The notes under the pieces: generated by a model
What the model saw: only the letters and a program-made list of their open reading frames with translations
Databases searched by the model: none
What the model was told of the DNA's origin: nothing
Shown here: one piece after another, positions 28,399-37,989 of the stretch
How positions within the stretch are numbered: position 1 is the stretch's first letter
How the letters are laid out: every line of letters starts with the position of its first letter
Virus record (IMG/VR): IMGVR_UViG_3300043426_000266
Location: 1 to 64,000 of that record
Strand: one strand, 5' to 3'
Length of the DNA: 64,000 bases
Made by a program: the position numbers and the translations under genes

Positions 28399-29502
28399 TT
28401 GAAAAAAGACCCCAGCATTATTTCAACCTTAAACGAATCCATTAATCCACTTAAACAAGATCGTTTAAATCTTGACCTTAAAATCACCTTGGATTTTGAT
28501 AATCGTTTAGGGTTAGATATCGTCGTGTTAGATAGACGAGGGTTCGAATTTAGAATCCCGTCTAGAACAGTCTCCGGTCGTCGAAATATGGAGTTTGTTA
28601 TTTACGAAAACATTACGTTCAAAGATGATGTTAAATTAACGTTCTCAGAGAATGAAGCAGATCCGGATATCGTTGAATACCGAAAAAAGATTTTAGAGTC
28701 TCTACACCTAGATAGTACAGCATCTAGAAATAGTAGAAAAGCAATTGTTACTTCCACAATCAGTTACGAGGAGTTAAAAAATAACAAAGGTGGTGTTTAT
28801 ATTAAAGAGCATGACCTCGTTATTTACATCCCTGATCAGCACGGGTTTTTTATTCACCCAGCGACTGTAACCAAGATTGTTTCTGGACAATTCATTGATA
28901 ATAGTAAATTTAATGAAGATTTCCGTTTCCACGTTAGAATCAACGACCCGCATAATAAAATTGGTCCTAGATTCATGAATATCGGTGGAGAGATTTACGA
29001 AGTTCCAATTACAAGAGATTTATCTTTAATGGAAGGTGCTTTGATTTCTAGTTCGTCTAAATGCTCTGATTATAAGTTTGCAAATGTTCCGATGAGTTTA
29101 GAAGACTTCGACAAACGTTTAATTGCTTTTAAATCAAAAGAGGAAGCTGCTGAGCTAGGGAATGGTGCTGAGATTGAGAAGAACAAACTCGTAAAAGAGA
29201 TGAAATTCTTAGAGCGGGATTTGGCAATTGAGGATAAAGAACGTCAGAATGATTTAAATAAGTCTAAGCACGATTTACAAGTTGCCCAGAATGATTTAAA
29301 ACAATCTGAAATTAAGCACAAAAGTGATTTAGAAAGACTCACTCACATTCTTGAGTTAAAGGAGCATGAGTTAGAATTACAATCACTTAAACGTAAAACC
29401 TATTATGAGGAAAGAAGTTTAGACCGTAAAGATAGTTCAGAAATTATCAAATGGCTCCCTTTAGTTATTGGGGCTGGTATAGCAATATTTTTCAGAAGTT
29501 AA
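28399..29502 (+). CDS. Conserved protein with C-terminal coiled coil and membrane anchor
   Basis: TTG start; heptad-rich tail, then WLPLVIGAGIAIFF; sits before the RNAP beta gene. Confidence 0.7.
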   Translation: MKKDPSIISTLNESINPLKQDRLNLDLKITLDFDNRLGLDIVVLDRRGFEFRIPSRTVSGRRNMEFVIYENITFKDDVKLTFSENEADPDIVEYRKKILESLHLDSTASRNSRKAIVTSTISYEELKNNKGGVYIKEHDLVIYIPDQHGFFIHPATVTKIVSGQFIDNSKFNEDFRFHVRINDPHNKIGPRFMNIGGEIYEVPITRDLSLMEGALISSSSKCSDYKFANVPMSLEDFDKRLIAFKSKEEAAELGNGAEIEKNKLVKEMKFLERDLAIEDKERQNDLNKSKHDLQVAQNDLKQSEIKHKSDLERLTHILELKEHELELQSLKRKTYYEERSLDRKDSSEIIKWLPLVIGAGIAIFFRS

Positions 29503-29514
29503 AGGAGAAGGAAC

Positions 29515-31143
29515 GTGCCTAGTCAGTATAGAAATGCGGTATTTGCTCAAATGCCAGAATTTACCGCGGAGATTGCTGATGGTTATGCGGTAAGTCAACT
29601 TTCAGAAGAAGAAGTAATTGGTTACATTGATCGTGTGTGGCGCAACTGCGAAAAGAACTTCCCTAAAGAGTTAAAATATATCGGCCATCGTCGAATGCGT
29701 CCGCAGGAAGTTCATCGTTATTTCAGTGAAAAGAAAAACGATAAAAACAAAAAGTGGGATTTTGCAAGAACAGATGTTTATCTTGTAGAATACATTTTTG
29801 AATTTGCGGGACAGCGTTTACCACCGTACCCAATCTTCTTATCTTTCTGCGATTCTAACGCGGTTACACACATCAATGGAAAACAGTTCTATAATAAGCC
29901 GGTTGTTCGTGACTCTGTTTTACAAGTAACAAACAATCAGATCTTCCTCCAGTTCATGTCAACCCCTTGTACATTCTCTCGACTGTATTACATGATTCTA
30001 AAAGATGATGTATGGGAATCTGTATCCATTTATCATGGATGTTTTCACAATGTTCTTCGTACTGTACAACAGAAGAAGAACAAAGCAAACTCAGCAAGGA
30101 TTACGCTCAACGCGCATTATCTATTCATTAAATATGGTTTTACCCAAACCTTTGAAAAGTTTGCAAATATAGAAGTGAAATTAGGTACCCGGGACGAGTT
30201 AGAAGCAGAGGGTGTGATTGGTAAAGATTGGATTGTATATGCATCTCGTGGGACCACGCCATTTTGGATTGCTAAGAATGGTGCATATACACCGCATGAT
30301 ATCCGCATCGCAATTAAACGAGATGATTGGAGTGAGATTGTTGAGTCAATGATCACCTCAGCGATTTATGTTTTTGACTTATTCCCACAAGACGCGGTGA
30401 CTGAAAATATCAAAAATCCAACCTGGTGGAGTTTAATGCTTGGAAAGATTATCTTTGGTGAAGGTCATTTAGCATCGTCATTGATTGGAAAGATCACTGA
30501 GCACATTAAGGCAACAAACAACTATGTTGATGAAATGTCCGTTGAAGCTTTTGAGCAAAATGGTATTTTAGTTGAAAATATGTATGACTTCTTGTTTTAC
30601 CTAATTGGTAACTATGACCAAATTGTTTATGATCGTAGTGCTTCACCGTCATCATTACTTGGTAGACGATTAGCGATTAAGCAACATGTCTTATCTCCGA
30701 TTATGATCAATCTGATTACTGCAGCTTTCCAAATTGCAGATATTCGTCCAGATAAACTTTCCTATAAAAAGGTTCATGATATTCTGGTACGAATGTTAAA
30801 ACCAAAATTGATCTTTCAAAACAACCGAGGTAAACCTTTCTGTGTTTCTATTTCCTCTCCATGTGATGTTAAAATCTTTGGCACAACTTCTGAAGTTCTT
30901 CCACAAGACAACACCACGGGTAAGAAGAAACAACAAGACCGTTCAATTCTTCAAAACCCACGTTGGCGATTGGATTCTACATTTATGACAATTGGTGGTG
31001 CATTCGCGCAATCTAAAGGTGAGCCAGTTGGGGTTGATAAAATCAACCCATTTGCACAAATCACAAATCTAGGTGTTCTTGAGCATCAAGATGTTCTAAA
31101 AGATGTTGCTTCTCGCATCGACAAAACTTTACAAACCGAATAA
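29515..31143 (+). CDS. Non-virion RNA polymerase beta subunit, N-terminal part (phiKZ gp123-like)
   Basis: 542 aa; RPQE...D.YL..Y.F.F.G, I.G..F...PV..D motifs; conserved position after the capsid gene. Confidence 0.7.
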   Translation: MPSQYRNAVFAQMPEFTAEIADGYAVSQLSEEEVIGYIDRVWRNCEKNFPKELKYIGHRRMRPQEVHRYFSEKKNDKNKKWDFARTDVYLVEYIFEFAGQRLPPYPIFLSFCDSNAVTHINGKQFYNKPVVRDSVLQVTNNQIFLQFMSTPCTFSRLYYMILKDDVWESVSIYHGCFHNVLRTVQQKKNKANSARITLNAHYLFIKYGFTQTFEKFANIEVKLGTRDELEAEGVIGKDWIVYASRGTTPFWIAKNGAYTPHDIRIAIKRDDWSEIVESMITSAIYVFDLFPQDAVTENIKNPTWWSLMLGKIIFGEGHLASSLIGKITEHIKATNNYVDEMSVEAFEQNGILVENMYDFLFYLIGNYDQIVYDRSASPSSLLGRRLAIKQHVLSPIMINLITAAFQIADIRPDKLSYKKVHDILVRMLKPKLIFQNNRGKPFCVSISSPCDVKIFGTTSEVLPQDNTTGKKKQQDRSILQNPRWRLDSTFMTIGGAFAQSKGEPVGVDKINPFAQITNLGVLEHQDVLKDVASRIDKTLQTE

Positions 31144-31160
31144 ACTGGAGTTATCAAACC

Positions 31161-32861
31161 ATGAGTATTTATGAAGATTTATTTGAAACAGTACTTGACC
31201 AATTAGAGGCAATGGAAAAGACTGTACGTTCAGGCGAGATTGCCAACATTTGCGCAAGCCTAATGGCGCCTGCAAATGAAGAGATGGTTGATAAGATCAC
31301 CGGTGATTTATACGATTGCCAAGAAGCAGCTTATCAAGATATAGACGATCGTCGTTTAGATCGTGTCTTAAAGAGCCATGGGCGCATTATCGCTGAAGTA
31401 CTTGTAATGCACGCGTCCAAGGATCAGGGTGTGGACCGTGATTTAACAGATCGTGAGTTTGAACATTTTAGAGCATCTGTTGAAAACTATTTCAAGATAC
31501 TTGACGAAGGCAAGCGTCGAACTTCTCGTCGCGACCGAGATGACGATCGTGATAAACGTAGTAGTCGCCGCGGGGCTCGCAATAACGATACTGATCGTGC
31601 TCGTCGCCGTTCGCGTGATGCGTTCAGAGGGCATTCTGATCGTAACCAGTCTGATAAACGCGATACCGTGCAACGCGATTCTATTCGCGAGGAAAAACAA
31701 GTGGCTCAGGTAACCACAAGTAAAACCCTAAATGAAAATGAAATCATCACAAGTGATAATTTTTCATCATTGCCGAAGCACCTACTTGACTTACCGTTAT
31801 ATTACGTTGGTTTAGAAAAGCTGGCGTTTACTGGTGAAACAGTTACAGTGTTCGAATCAGGAGAGAACTTTAAAGTGAACTATGAAAAACATCGAACTGA
31901 TTTATACTTGACTCCAAATCGCGCGCCTATTAATGGCCCAAAAACTATTGAGGCGTTAGAAAAAGATTTACTTGAAGCTGCTCAGAAAACTGTAAAAGCG
32001 TTTACTGAAAAAGAGTATCTAGAGCCAGTGAAAGAAGGTGAGGATCCAAAACTAGAGATTACCACGAATAAGTATTCTCAACCTTCTCTAGTTTTAGAAG
32101 GGGTTTATGATTTAGGTCTACCGTTATATGGGTATGAGCCTACCGTTCGTAACTGTGTCGCTACTGCTTTGGGTAAAACTGATTTGTCTGATGGTGTTGT
32201 TGCGGCAGCTATTCAAAGTGTTCTAACAACAGTTTCAAATGATTTTATTACGGGTAGTGATTCAGGGATGCTTAAAGAGTATGAGAATTTCAAACTTCTT
32301 TGTGTATCGATGCGTTCATTCCCAAGTTTACCTAGCGTGAAAGGTGTGTTAGAAGCAGCGTATAACATTTTAGCGGTTGATGCATTCAGTGATCTTAACC
32401 GTCTACTGACCCAAGCAGTTTGCGATGCTATTACAGTGAGTACCAAAGTATCGGTAACAACCCCAGCATTACTAGTCGATTATGATGGTGTCATGGAATA
32501 TATTAGCCAAGTTGAAAAAGAAGAGCCGAGTATCGGTGTTGTTATCTCTGCTAACTTAGGTTTAACTATCCCAATGCTTGAATTCGTGGACAATGTTATT
32601 ACTGTTGTTCGTGGCTACATCTTCCTACCGTATAGTAAAAATGAATTGGTCTTTGGATCACCTCATCGTTACGCTACGGTTGACGAAACAAATAAGAAGG
32701 ATTTGTTTAATACGATTGATAAGTTGAGTGAAGCGTCTGTTGCTGAAATCGGTTACTTCCCGTATACAACTATCCTAACTGCAGATAATGCAGGTATTAT
32801 GGTCATGCCAAATAAAAGCTCTAACAAAAAGAAGAGCTTTTATTTAGTTAAAACAGTTTAA
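31161..32861 (+). CDS. Conserved hypothetical protein with an Arg/Asp-rich disordered segment
   Basis: 566 aa, GGAG RBS. Confidence 0.7.
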   Translation: MSIYEDLFETVLDQLEAMEKTVRSGEIANICASLMAPANEEMVDKITGDLYDCQEAAYQDIDDRRLDRVLKSHGRIIAEVLVMHASKDQGVDRDLTDREFEHFRASVENYFKILDEGKRRTSRRDRDDDRDKRSSRRGARNNDTDRARRRSRDAFRGHSDRNQSDKRDTVQRDSIREEKQVAQVTTSKTLNENEIITSDNFSSLPKHLLDLPLYYVGLEKLAFTGETVTVFESGENFKVNYEKHRTDLYLTPNRAPINGPKTIEALEKDLLEAAQKTVKAFTEKEYLEPVKEGEDPKLEITTNKYSQPSLVLEGVYDLGLPLYGYEPTVRNCVATALGKTDLSDGVVAAAIQSVLTTVSNDFITGSDSGMLKEYENFKLLCVSMRSFPSLPSVKGVLEAAYNILAVDAFSDLNRLLTQAVCDAITVSTKVSVTTPALLVDYDGVMEYISQVEKEEPSIGVVISANLGLTIPMLEFVDNVITVVRGYIFLPYSKNELVFGSPHRYATVDETNKKDLFNTIDKLSEASVAEIGYFPYTTILTADNAGIMVMPNKSSNKKKSFYLVKTV

Positions 32862-32891
32862 ATAAAAGGGAGCCTAGGCTCCCTTTTATTT
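32860..32891. terminator. Perfect 32-bp palindromic bidirectional terminator
   Basis: AAATAAAAGGGAGCCTAGGCTCCCTTTTATTT between convergent genes. Confidence 0.85.
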
Positions 32892-32896
32892 TTATG

Positions 32897-35740
32897 CTAT
32901 TTCTTTCTATTAGGTCGATGGTCAGCTGATTCAAAACCAAACTCACCGTCATCACCTCCACCAAACAAGTCTTCACCACCATCACCCTGTGGCTCAGCAG
33001 CAGGAGTTTCTTTTCCACCCCCTTCACCACCATCATCTGTTGATTCTGGTGCAGGTTCTGGAGTAGGCGAGCTTGTATCGTTATCACCACCTTCACTACC
33101 GGCAGAATTCATATCCCGTTCATTCAAATGTTCAATTTTTGCATCAGTGCTATAACGAATTTTAGACATTACTGCTTCATGTTCTAAAGCATAGTCAACG
33201 GTTCTTTTTACCAACGTCTCGGCTTCAGTTAAAGGATCCACTCGATCTTCTTGGTCTAGGTCGCCATACATGAAATTGAAATGGTCTGGAATCAAATTGT
33301 TATTTTGAAGAATACCACGCATGTACGATGATTTCCAAGAAGCTTTCAAGAACTCAAGTTTACCACCTACCTTTTCCCCAACCTCATCAGATGCAAACAT
33401 AGGATCATTAAAATGATATTCAATGACCTTGTCAATAAACTGCTCATGAGAGTCTAGGTTTTCCATTTGCGCTTTTAGTTTAGTTGTATCTGGTTTCGGT
33501 AAAGAAGTTTCGATGGATTCAATAAACTCCTCAATGAGATCCGCTGTAGACGTTTTAGTTTTGGTTAATGGACCATCGTTTGCTTTACGGGCTTTTTCAA
33601 CAACTCGAACTAATTCCTGAATAATGATTGCTGAGTTTAAAGAGAATGATTGAATGAACTTAGTTAAGTTCTTACAAAACATTTTCTGTTCAACTGTCGC
33701 TTGTTGTGCGCGAAGCATGTGTCCAGTAATATAAGTTTGAGCAAACTCAACTTCTTGACTCATATCAACAATCTCAGGAGATACCCCTGACAACATAATT
33801 AAACGACGGTTAATGCCATCCATGTAATCGTTGTCAATTAAAGCAGCTTCTCGATTTAGGTATTCAATATCAACTGAAGTTCCAGGGAAGTTACCATTGC
33901 CATTTTCATACATGAAATGAAAACCACTATTTAGAATATGGTTTAATTGATCTTGGGTATTAGATGAGGAAAATAAAGCATTCGCGTGTTGAGATCTAAC
34001 GATATGTTGTTGGATCTTTTCACTGGTATCAAAAGCATCTAACTCATCATCATCAAAAGCAATTGTCACTTTCTTATGTTGAATAGCATTATTGATCGCT
34101 GCCAATGCATTGGCAACCTGTACAGTTGACGCAATAACTGCCAAGTTTTTGTGTTTACTAAGTTTACTTTCCCCTAGACCGTATTCGTTATACTCAAATG
34201 CAATATAGGTTAAAAGCTCAGTTGGGATAATAAGAAATTGTGTCTGCATTCCCGCAAGAGAACGCTTCCACATCATCTCAGCAAAAACCCCAGTTAACTT
34301 AACATCCAATTCTAAACCTGAATATAAACCATTCTTTAAGCGTTCCTTTAAGTCGGCTTCCAAGAAGGAGTTAAATAAACGTTGAGAAGCATTTTGAACC
34401 ACACCTTGTCTAAGATTACTTAACCCATCGACAGAAGCATCCCCGAGCTGTGATAGCATCTGAGTACCCAAGATACCAGATGAAGTCTGTAAACCTAGAT
34501 CAACTGAATCAGGATGATATTCATCTTCCTCTGGTGCAGTCAGCGGGTTCCCTGCTGAATCCAATGGAATCACATACAGAAGATGATTCTCTGGCAAACC
34601 TGGAGGTGTGATTGGAACTGCTGAATCATAAGGGAGTTCGATAACAAGGGGGTGTCCAAAGTTATCGTAAATATCTCTGGACTTCACATTTACGACTTCA
34701 GTTAAACTAAAATGACGGTTAGGATAAACCAACTCACCACCATTTTCTAATTGTAAACGTTTTGAACTCGCGGGATTTTGTTTAGTTTCAGTATTACCAT
34801 CTTCCATTGCCGCTAAACGGTGAAGAGGGCTATATCGTTTTGCCACGCTGCGGCGAGCAGCGGCTTGAGTAATCAACGGTAGTTTAAACACCTCAACGTT
34901 ATCGTGAATGAAAACGTTTTCCAATGCTTGAATAATTTCACTACCTTTAATGTTTTCATTTGCTTTTAATTTACTTATTTCCTCATTACTAATAACGACA
35001 CGATTTGAGTACAAACCAGACTGATCATTATCGACAGATTCCATTTTTAATGTTTGAAAAACAGAACGTTTACTTGTACCTTTTAATTTACTATGACGGC
35101 CTGGGCCAAGAAGTCCAGTTGGTTTATAAAAATTGTTTTCAAAATGTGTATCGGAATCGTATGATTCAAGCGCTGTTTTCTTTTTACTTTTATCTGATTC
35201 ATTGATGATATCATCAATTTCAGTTAAAGGTACAATTGCTAAAGGGACTGCGCCTGCTAAAAATTTTGCTCGATAAATCCAGTTTTTTAAACGTTCATCA
35301 ATTTTATATTCTTCTTTTGCCCATTTCTTAATTACGTCAAGCATTTGAGACTTGATTGAATCCACTTCAATTGACACTGGACAAATAATGTTTAAGTCAG
35401 GTTCTGAAATATCATTGGGCGATAACAATCCAGCAATGTAGATGTCAATCCCCATGCAAAGCTCAGGAGAACTTTTTAAGATATTGCGTGCATCTCTAAC
35501 CGAATTAGATGCTGCTTTAAATATTTTAGAAATATCAGCATCTTCGGGAATTGGGCTACCATCCCTGGTTGTTCTACCTGCCTGTTGTTGAACATTGGGC
35601 TGAACAAGGTTATTCGCAATCCAAAGAAGATTTCGATCTGGTGAATTGGACGCTAAAGAAGAAAGTTTTTTATTGTCTTTCTCTGATAAGTAACTCGCAG
35701 CAGTTAACCCTAAACGGTTTTTAAATAATTTATCACTCAT
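32897..35740 (-). CDS. Portal protein (phiKZ gp129-like)
   Basis: About 947 aa from MSDKLF; ALE/AME sites; acidic Gly/Pro tail; divergent from a baseplate-like gene. Confidence 0.65.
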   Translation of the reverse strand: MSDKLFKNRLGLTAASYLSEKDNKKLSSLASNSPDRNLLWIANNLVQPNVQQQAGRTTRDGSPIPEDADISKIFKAASNSVRDARNILKSSPELCMGIDIYIAGLLSPNDISEPDLNIICPVSIEVDSIKSQMLDVIKKWAKEEYKIDERLKNWIYRAKFLAGAVPLAIVPLTEIDDIINESDKSKKKTALESYDSDTHFENNFYKPTGLLGPGRHSKLKGTSKRSVFQTLKMESVDNDQSGLYSNRVVISNEEISKLKANENIKGSEIIQALENVFIHDNVEVFKLPLITQAAARRSVAKRYSPLHRLAAMEDGNTETKQNPASSKRLQLENGGELVYPNRHFSLTEVVNVKSRDIYDNFGHPLVIELPYDSAVPITPPGLPENHLLYVIPLDSAGNPLTAPEEDEYHPDSVDLGLQTSSGILGTQMLSQLGDASVDGLSNLRQGVVQNASQRLFNSFLEADLKERLKNGLYSGLELDVKLTGVFAEMMWKRSLAGMQTQFLIIPTELLTYIAFEYNEYGLGESKLSKHKNLAVIASTVQVANALAAINNAIQHKKVTIAFDDDELDAFDTSEKIQQHIVRSQHANALFSSSNTQDQLNHILNSGFHFMYENGNGNFPGTSVDIEYLNREAALIDNDYMDGINRRLIMLSGVSPEIVDMSQEVEFAQTYITGHMLRAQQATVEQKMFCKNLTKFIQSFSLNSAIIIQELVRVVEKARKANDGPLTKTKTSTADLIEEFIESIETSLPKPDTTKLKAQMENLDSHEQFIDKVIEYHFNDPMFASDEVGEKVGGKLEFLKASWKSSYMRGILQNNNLIPDHFNFMYGDLDQEDRVDPLTEAETLVKRTVDYALEHEAVMSKIRYSTDAKIEHLNERDMNSAGSEGGDNDTSSPTPEPAPESTDDGGEGGGKETPAAEPQGDGGEDLFGGGDDGEFGFESADHRPNRKK

Positions 35741-35763
35741 TTGAATACTCCAGAGGGGGTAAT

Positions 35764-37989
35764 ATGTCTCAGAAACTTCTTGAAGTCTACAAGACTTCGA
35801 CAATCGCATTGGCGCACAGTGTTGTGGTAAATCACCCTCATGTTGGAATGTCGATCAACAAGATGCTAAAAGAAAAAAAGTATGGTGTCTATACCAATGA
35901 ACATAACCGTTCAACTTGGAAAATGTACTTAAATATGGCTGGGTTATATCATCAATATGATCATGATCAAATTCATAAAATTAACGTGGAGCTTGGTTTG
36001 GGTCTAACGGATCCAACAATTAATCGTTCTAAAATGATTATTCGAGTTGCAGGTGATAGCGGTCAACTTGAACGAGAGTTTACGGTTGAAAATATTTCGT
36101 CTGAAACAGCAGATGTAAGTATCTCTAAAGAGTATCAGCCTGGAAGTCGTGCATATAATGAATTGGTTGGTGTGTACTCTGAGTTTGAGAATTTAATTCA
36201 GGGAATTTTACATCCGATTCCATTGGACGTGTCGACGAACGCTGATGAGTATGAAGTACTCCATGCTGGTGGATATTATAAAACTCGTTTAGATACTTTG
36301 AGTTCTCAATATGCGTATATTAAAAGTCAACGTTTGGTTGATCAACAAGCAACGCTTATTGAAGATTGGGAAGAAAGTTTAGTTGGTGATATAAATCACT
36401 TCACTAAAAACTTCTTTAGGCAACATTATAATCCAGTCTACGGTGAGTTTAATGATTTATACGTAGCACAAAGTTTAGGGTTATATTATTTGAATCTTCC
36501 AACTTTGATTATGCAATTGCGTTTAAATAAAGTTAAAACAAGAGAGACACATTCAACACATGTTCAATTATACCTTGATTCATTTTCCGGGTTAGGGCAA
36601 TATATCAGCTATCTAACTCGTGATCAAGTCATGTTTTTATATCGTAATCTAGATTGGCTAATTGCCAACTTTGGTAAGCAAAAGACATTTGATATACTGT
36701 TAGATGTGTTAATTTATTCCCGACGCATCCCAGCAATCTTTTATAACAGCATTCATCGTTTAGAGAATATGCCTGGACAACTTGAACCAGATACGCGGTT
36801 TACAAAAGAGTATGGTTTGGTTCGACCAATTGGTGATGGTAAAACAACTTTAACACCAGAGGAAATGGTGGAGATGATTATTAATGTTGCAAAACATAAT
36901 AGTCAAAATGTTGACTACCAACTTTATCGAATAGAAGATTTGTCTTTAAAATCCAATAGCAATTGGGTTAAAACCAAACTTGTACATACCAAGTACACAG
37001 ATTGGGGGATGCAAGTAAACGGCAGTTACGAGGAGTTCTTATTTTGTAACTGGGTTTACTCTGCAATGAAAGGGGAGTTTACAGGGTTGGTAACGGTCTT
37101 TACGCCTTATACAAATAACAGTATTCAGCTAACCATTAAGAATGCTTTAATTATGTTCTTGTTTAGTTATGCTAAAGGTTATTTAGGTAAAAACCCAAAT
37201 CTAATCAAATCACTATATGTTCACAACATCCCTAAAACAATTGCTGAAATTGACGGTGGTGAGAATTTACGTGGCTATATTAGTGATTCACGTTTTACAG
37301 AACAAGAATATTTGTTTTTAAGAAGCAAGTCCCCAGATAGCCGCCGTTACAATTCAACTTCTCAATTTTTAGCAGAGATTGAACAGCAATGGCGCAACTA
37401 TGTTGAAAGAACCTATGCTGTATATAAAGGCGTAGGAATTCGCGCGAATGGGCAGATGGATATGGTCGCAGCTTTAATGTACCATAATGCTAAGATTGAT
37501 ATTGATCTTGGGATGTCTTATCAACAATGGTTGGCAAAATTTGGAATTCGCTCTGAAGGAGAAGAGGTTGAATACTACCAACTTCTTTGTAATAGTGTTT
37601 ATGAAGCAGTGTTATTTCCAGCGGGAACGAAAAAAGATCGAATGGAAAAAACCCATCGAGCTTTGATTAATATTCTTCGTTTCTTCTCGAGTTACTCTAT
37701 TCAGTTTATTACCGAAACAAACTCATCTGAAGTTGTGAATGTAGGTACACGTGATGTGCGTTTAGAACACATCTCAACAAGCTTTACTTCCAAAGATGAT
37801 ATTTTTATTGCAAGATACCCGACTTACTTTACAAAGGCGAAAGCTGTTCAGGAAAGTAGTTTCAACGGACATCAGTTTAGTTACTGGAGTAGCGATGAGC
37901 GGGATAATCATTTGACTCAAGAACAGCTAAGATACCTAATTCTAACTGAACAGAATGATGGAATCCTTATTAAAGGAGGAGACGTATGA
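35764..37989 (+). CDS. Virion structural protein, baseplate-wedge-like
   Basis: 741 aa, directly before the tail fibre; KYYLNMAG.YH-like motif (KMYLNMAGLYH). Confidence 0.55.
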   Translation: MSQKLLEVYKTSTIALAHSVVVNHPHVGMSINKMLKEKKYGVYTNEHNRSTWKMYLNMAGLYHQYDHDQIHKINVELGLGLTDPTINRSKMIIRVAGDSGQLEREFTVENISSETADVSISKEYQPGSRAYNELVGVYSEFENLIQGILHPIPLDVSTNADEYEVLHAGGYYKTRLDTLSSQYAYIKSQRLVDQQATLIEDWEESLVGDINHFTKNFFRQHYNPVYGEFNDLYVAQSLGLYYLNLPTLIMQLRLNKVKTRETHSTHVQLYLDSFSGLGQYISYLTRDQVMFLYRNLDWLIANFGKQKTFDILLDVLIYSRRIPAIFYNSIHRLENMPGQLEPDTRFTKEYGLVRPIGDGKTTLTPEEMVEMIINVAKHNSQNVDYQLYRIEDLSLKSNSNWVKTKLVHTKYTDWGMQVNGSYEEFLFCNWVYSAMKGEFTGLVTVFTPYTNNSIQLTIKNALIMFLFSYAKGYLGKNPNLIKSLYVHNIPKTIAEIDGGENLRGYISDSRFTEQEYLFLRSKSPDSRRYNSTSQFLAEIEQQWRNYVERTYAVYKGVGIRANGQMDMVAALMYHNAKIDIDLGMSYQQWLAKFGIRSEGEEVEYYQLLCNSVYEAVLFPAGTKKDRMEKTHRALINILRFFSSYSIQFITETNSSEVVNVGTRDVRLEHISTSFTSKDDIFIARYPTYFTKAKAVQESSFNGHQFSYWSSDERDNHLTQEQLRYLILTEQNDGILIKGGDV

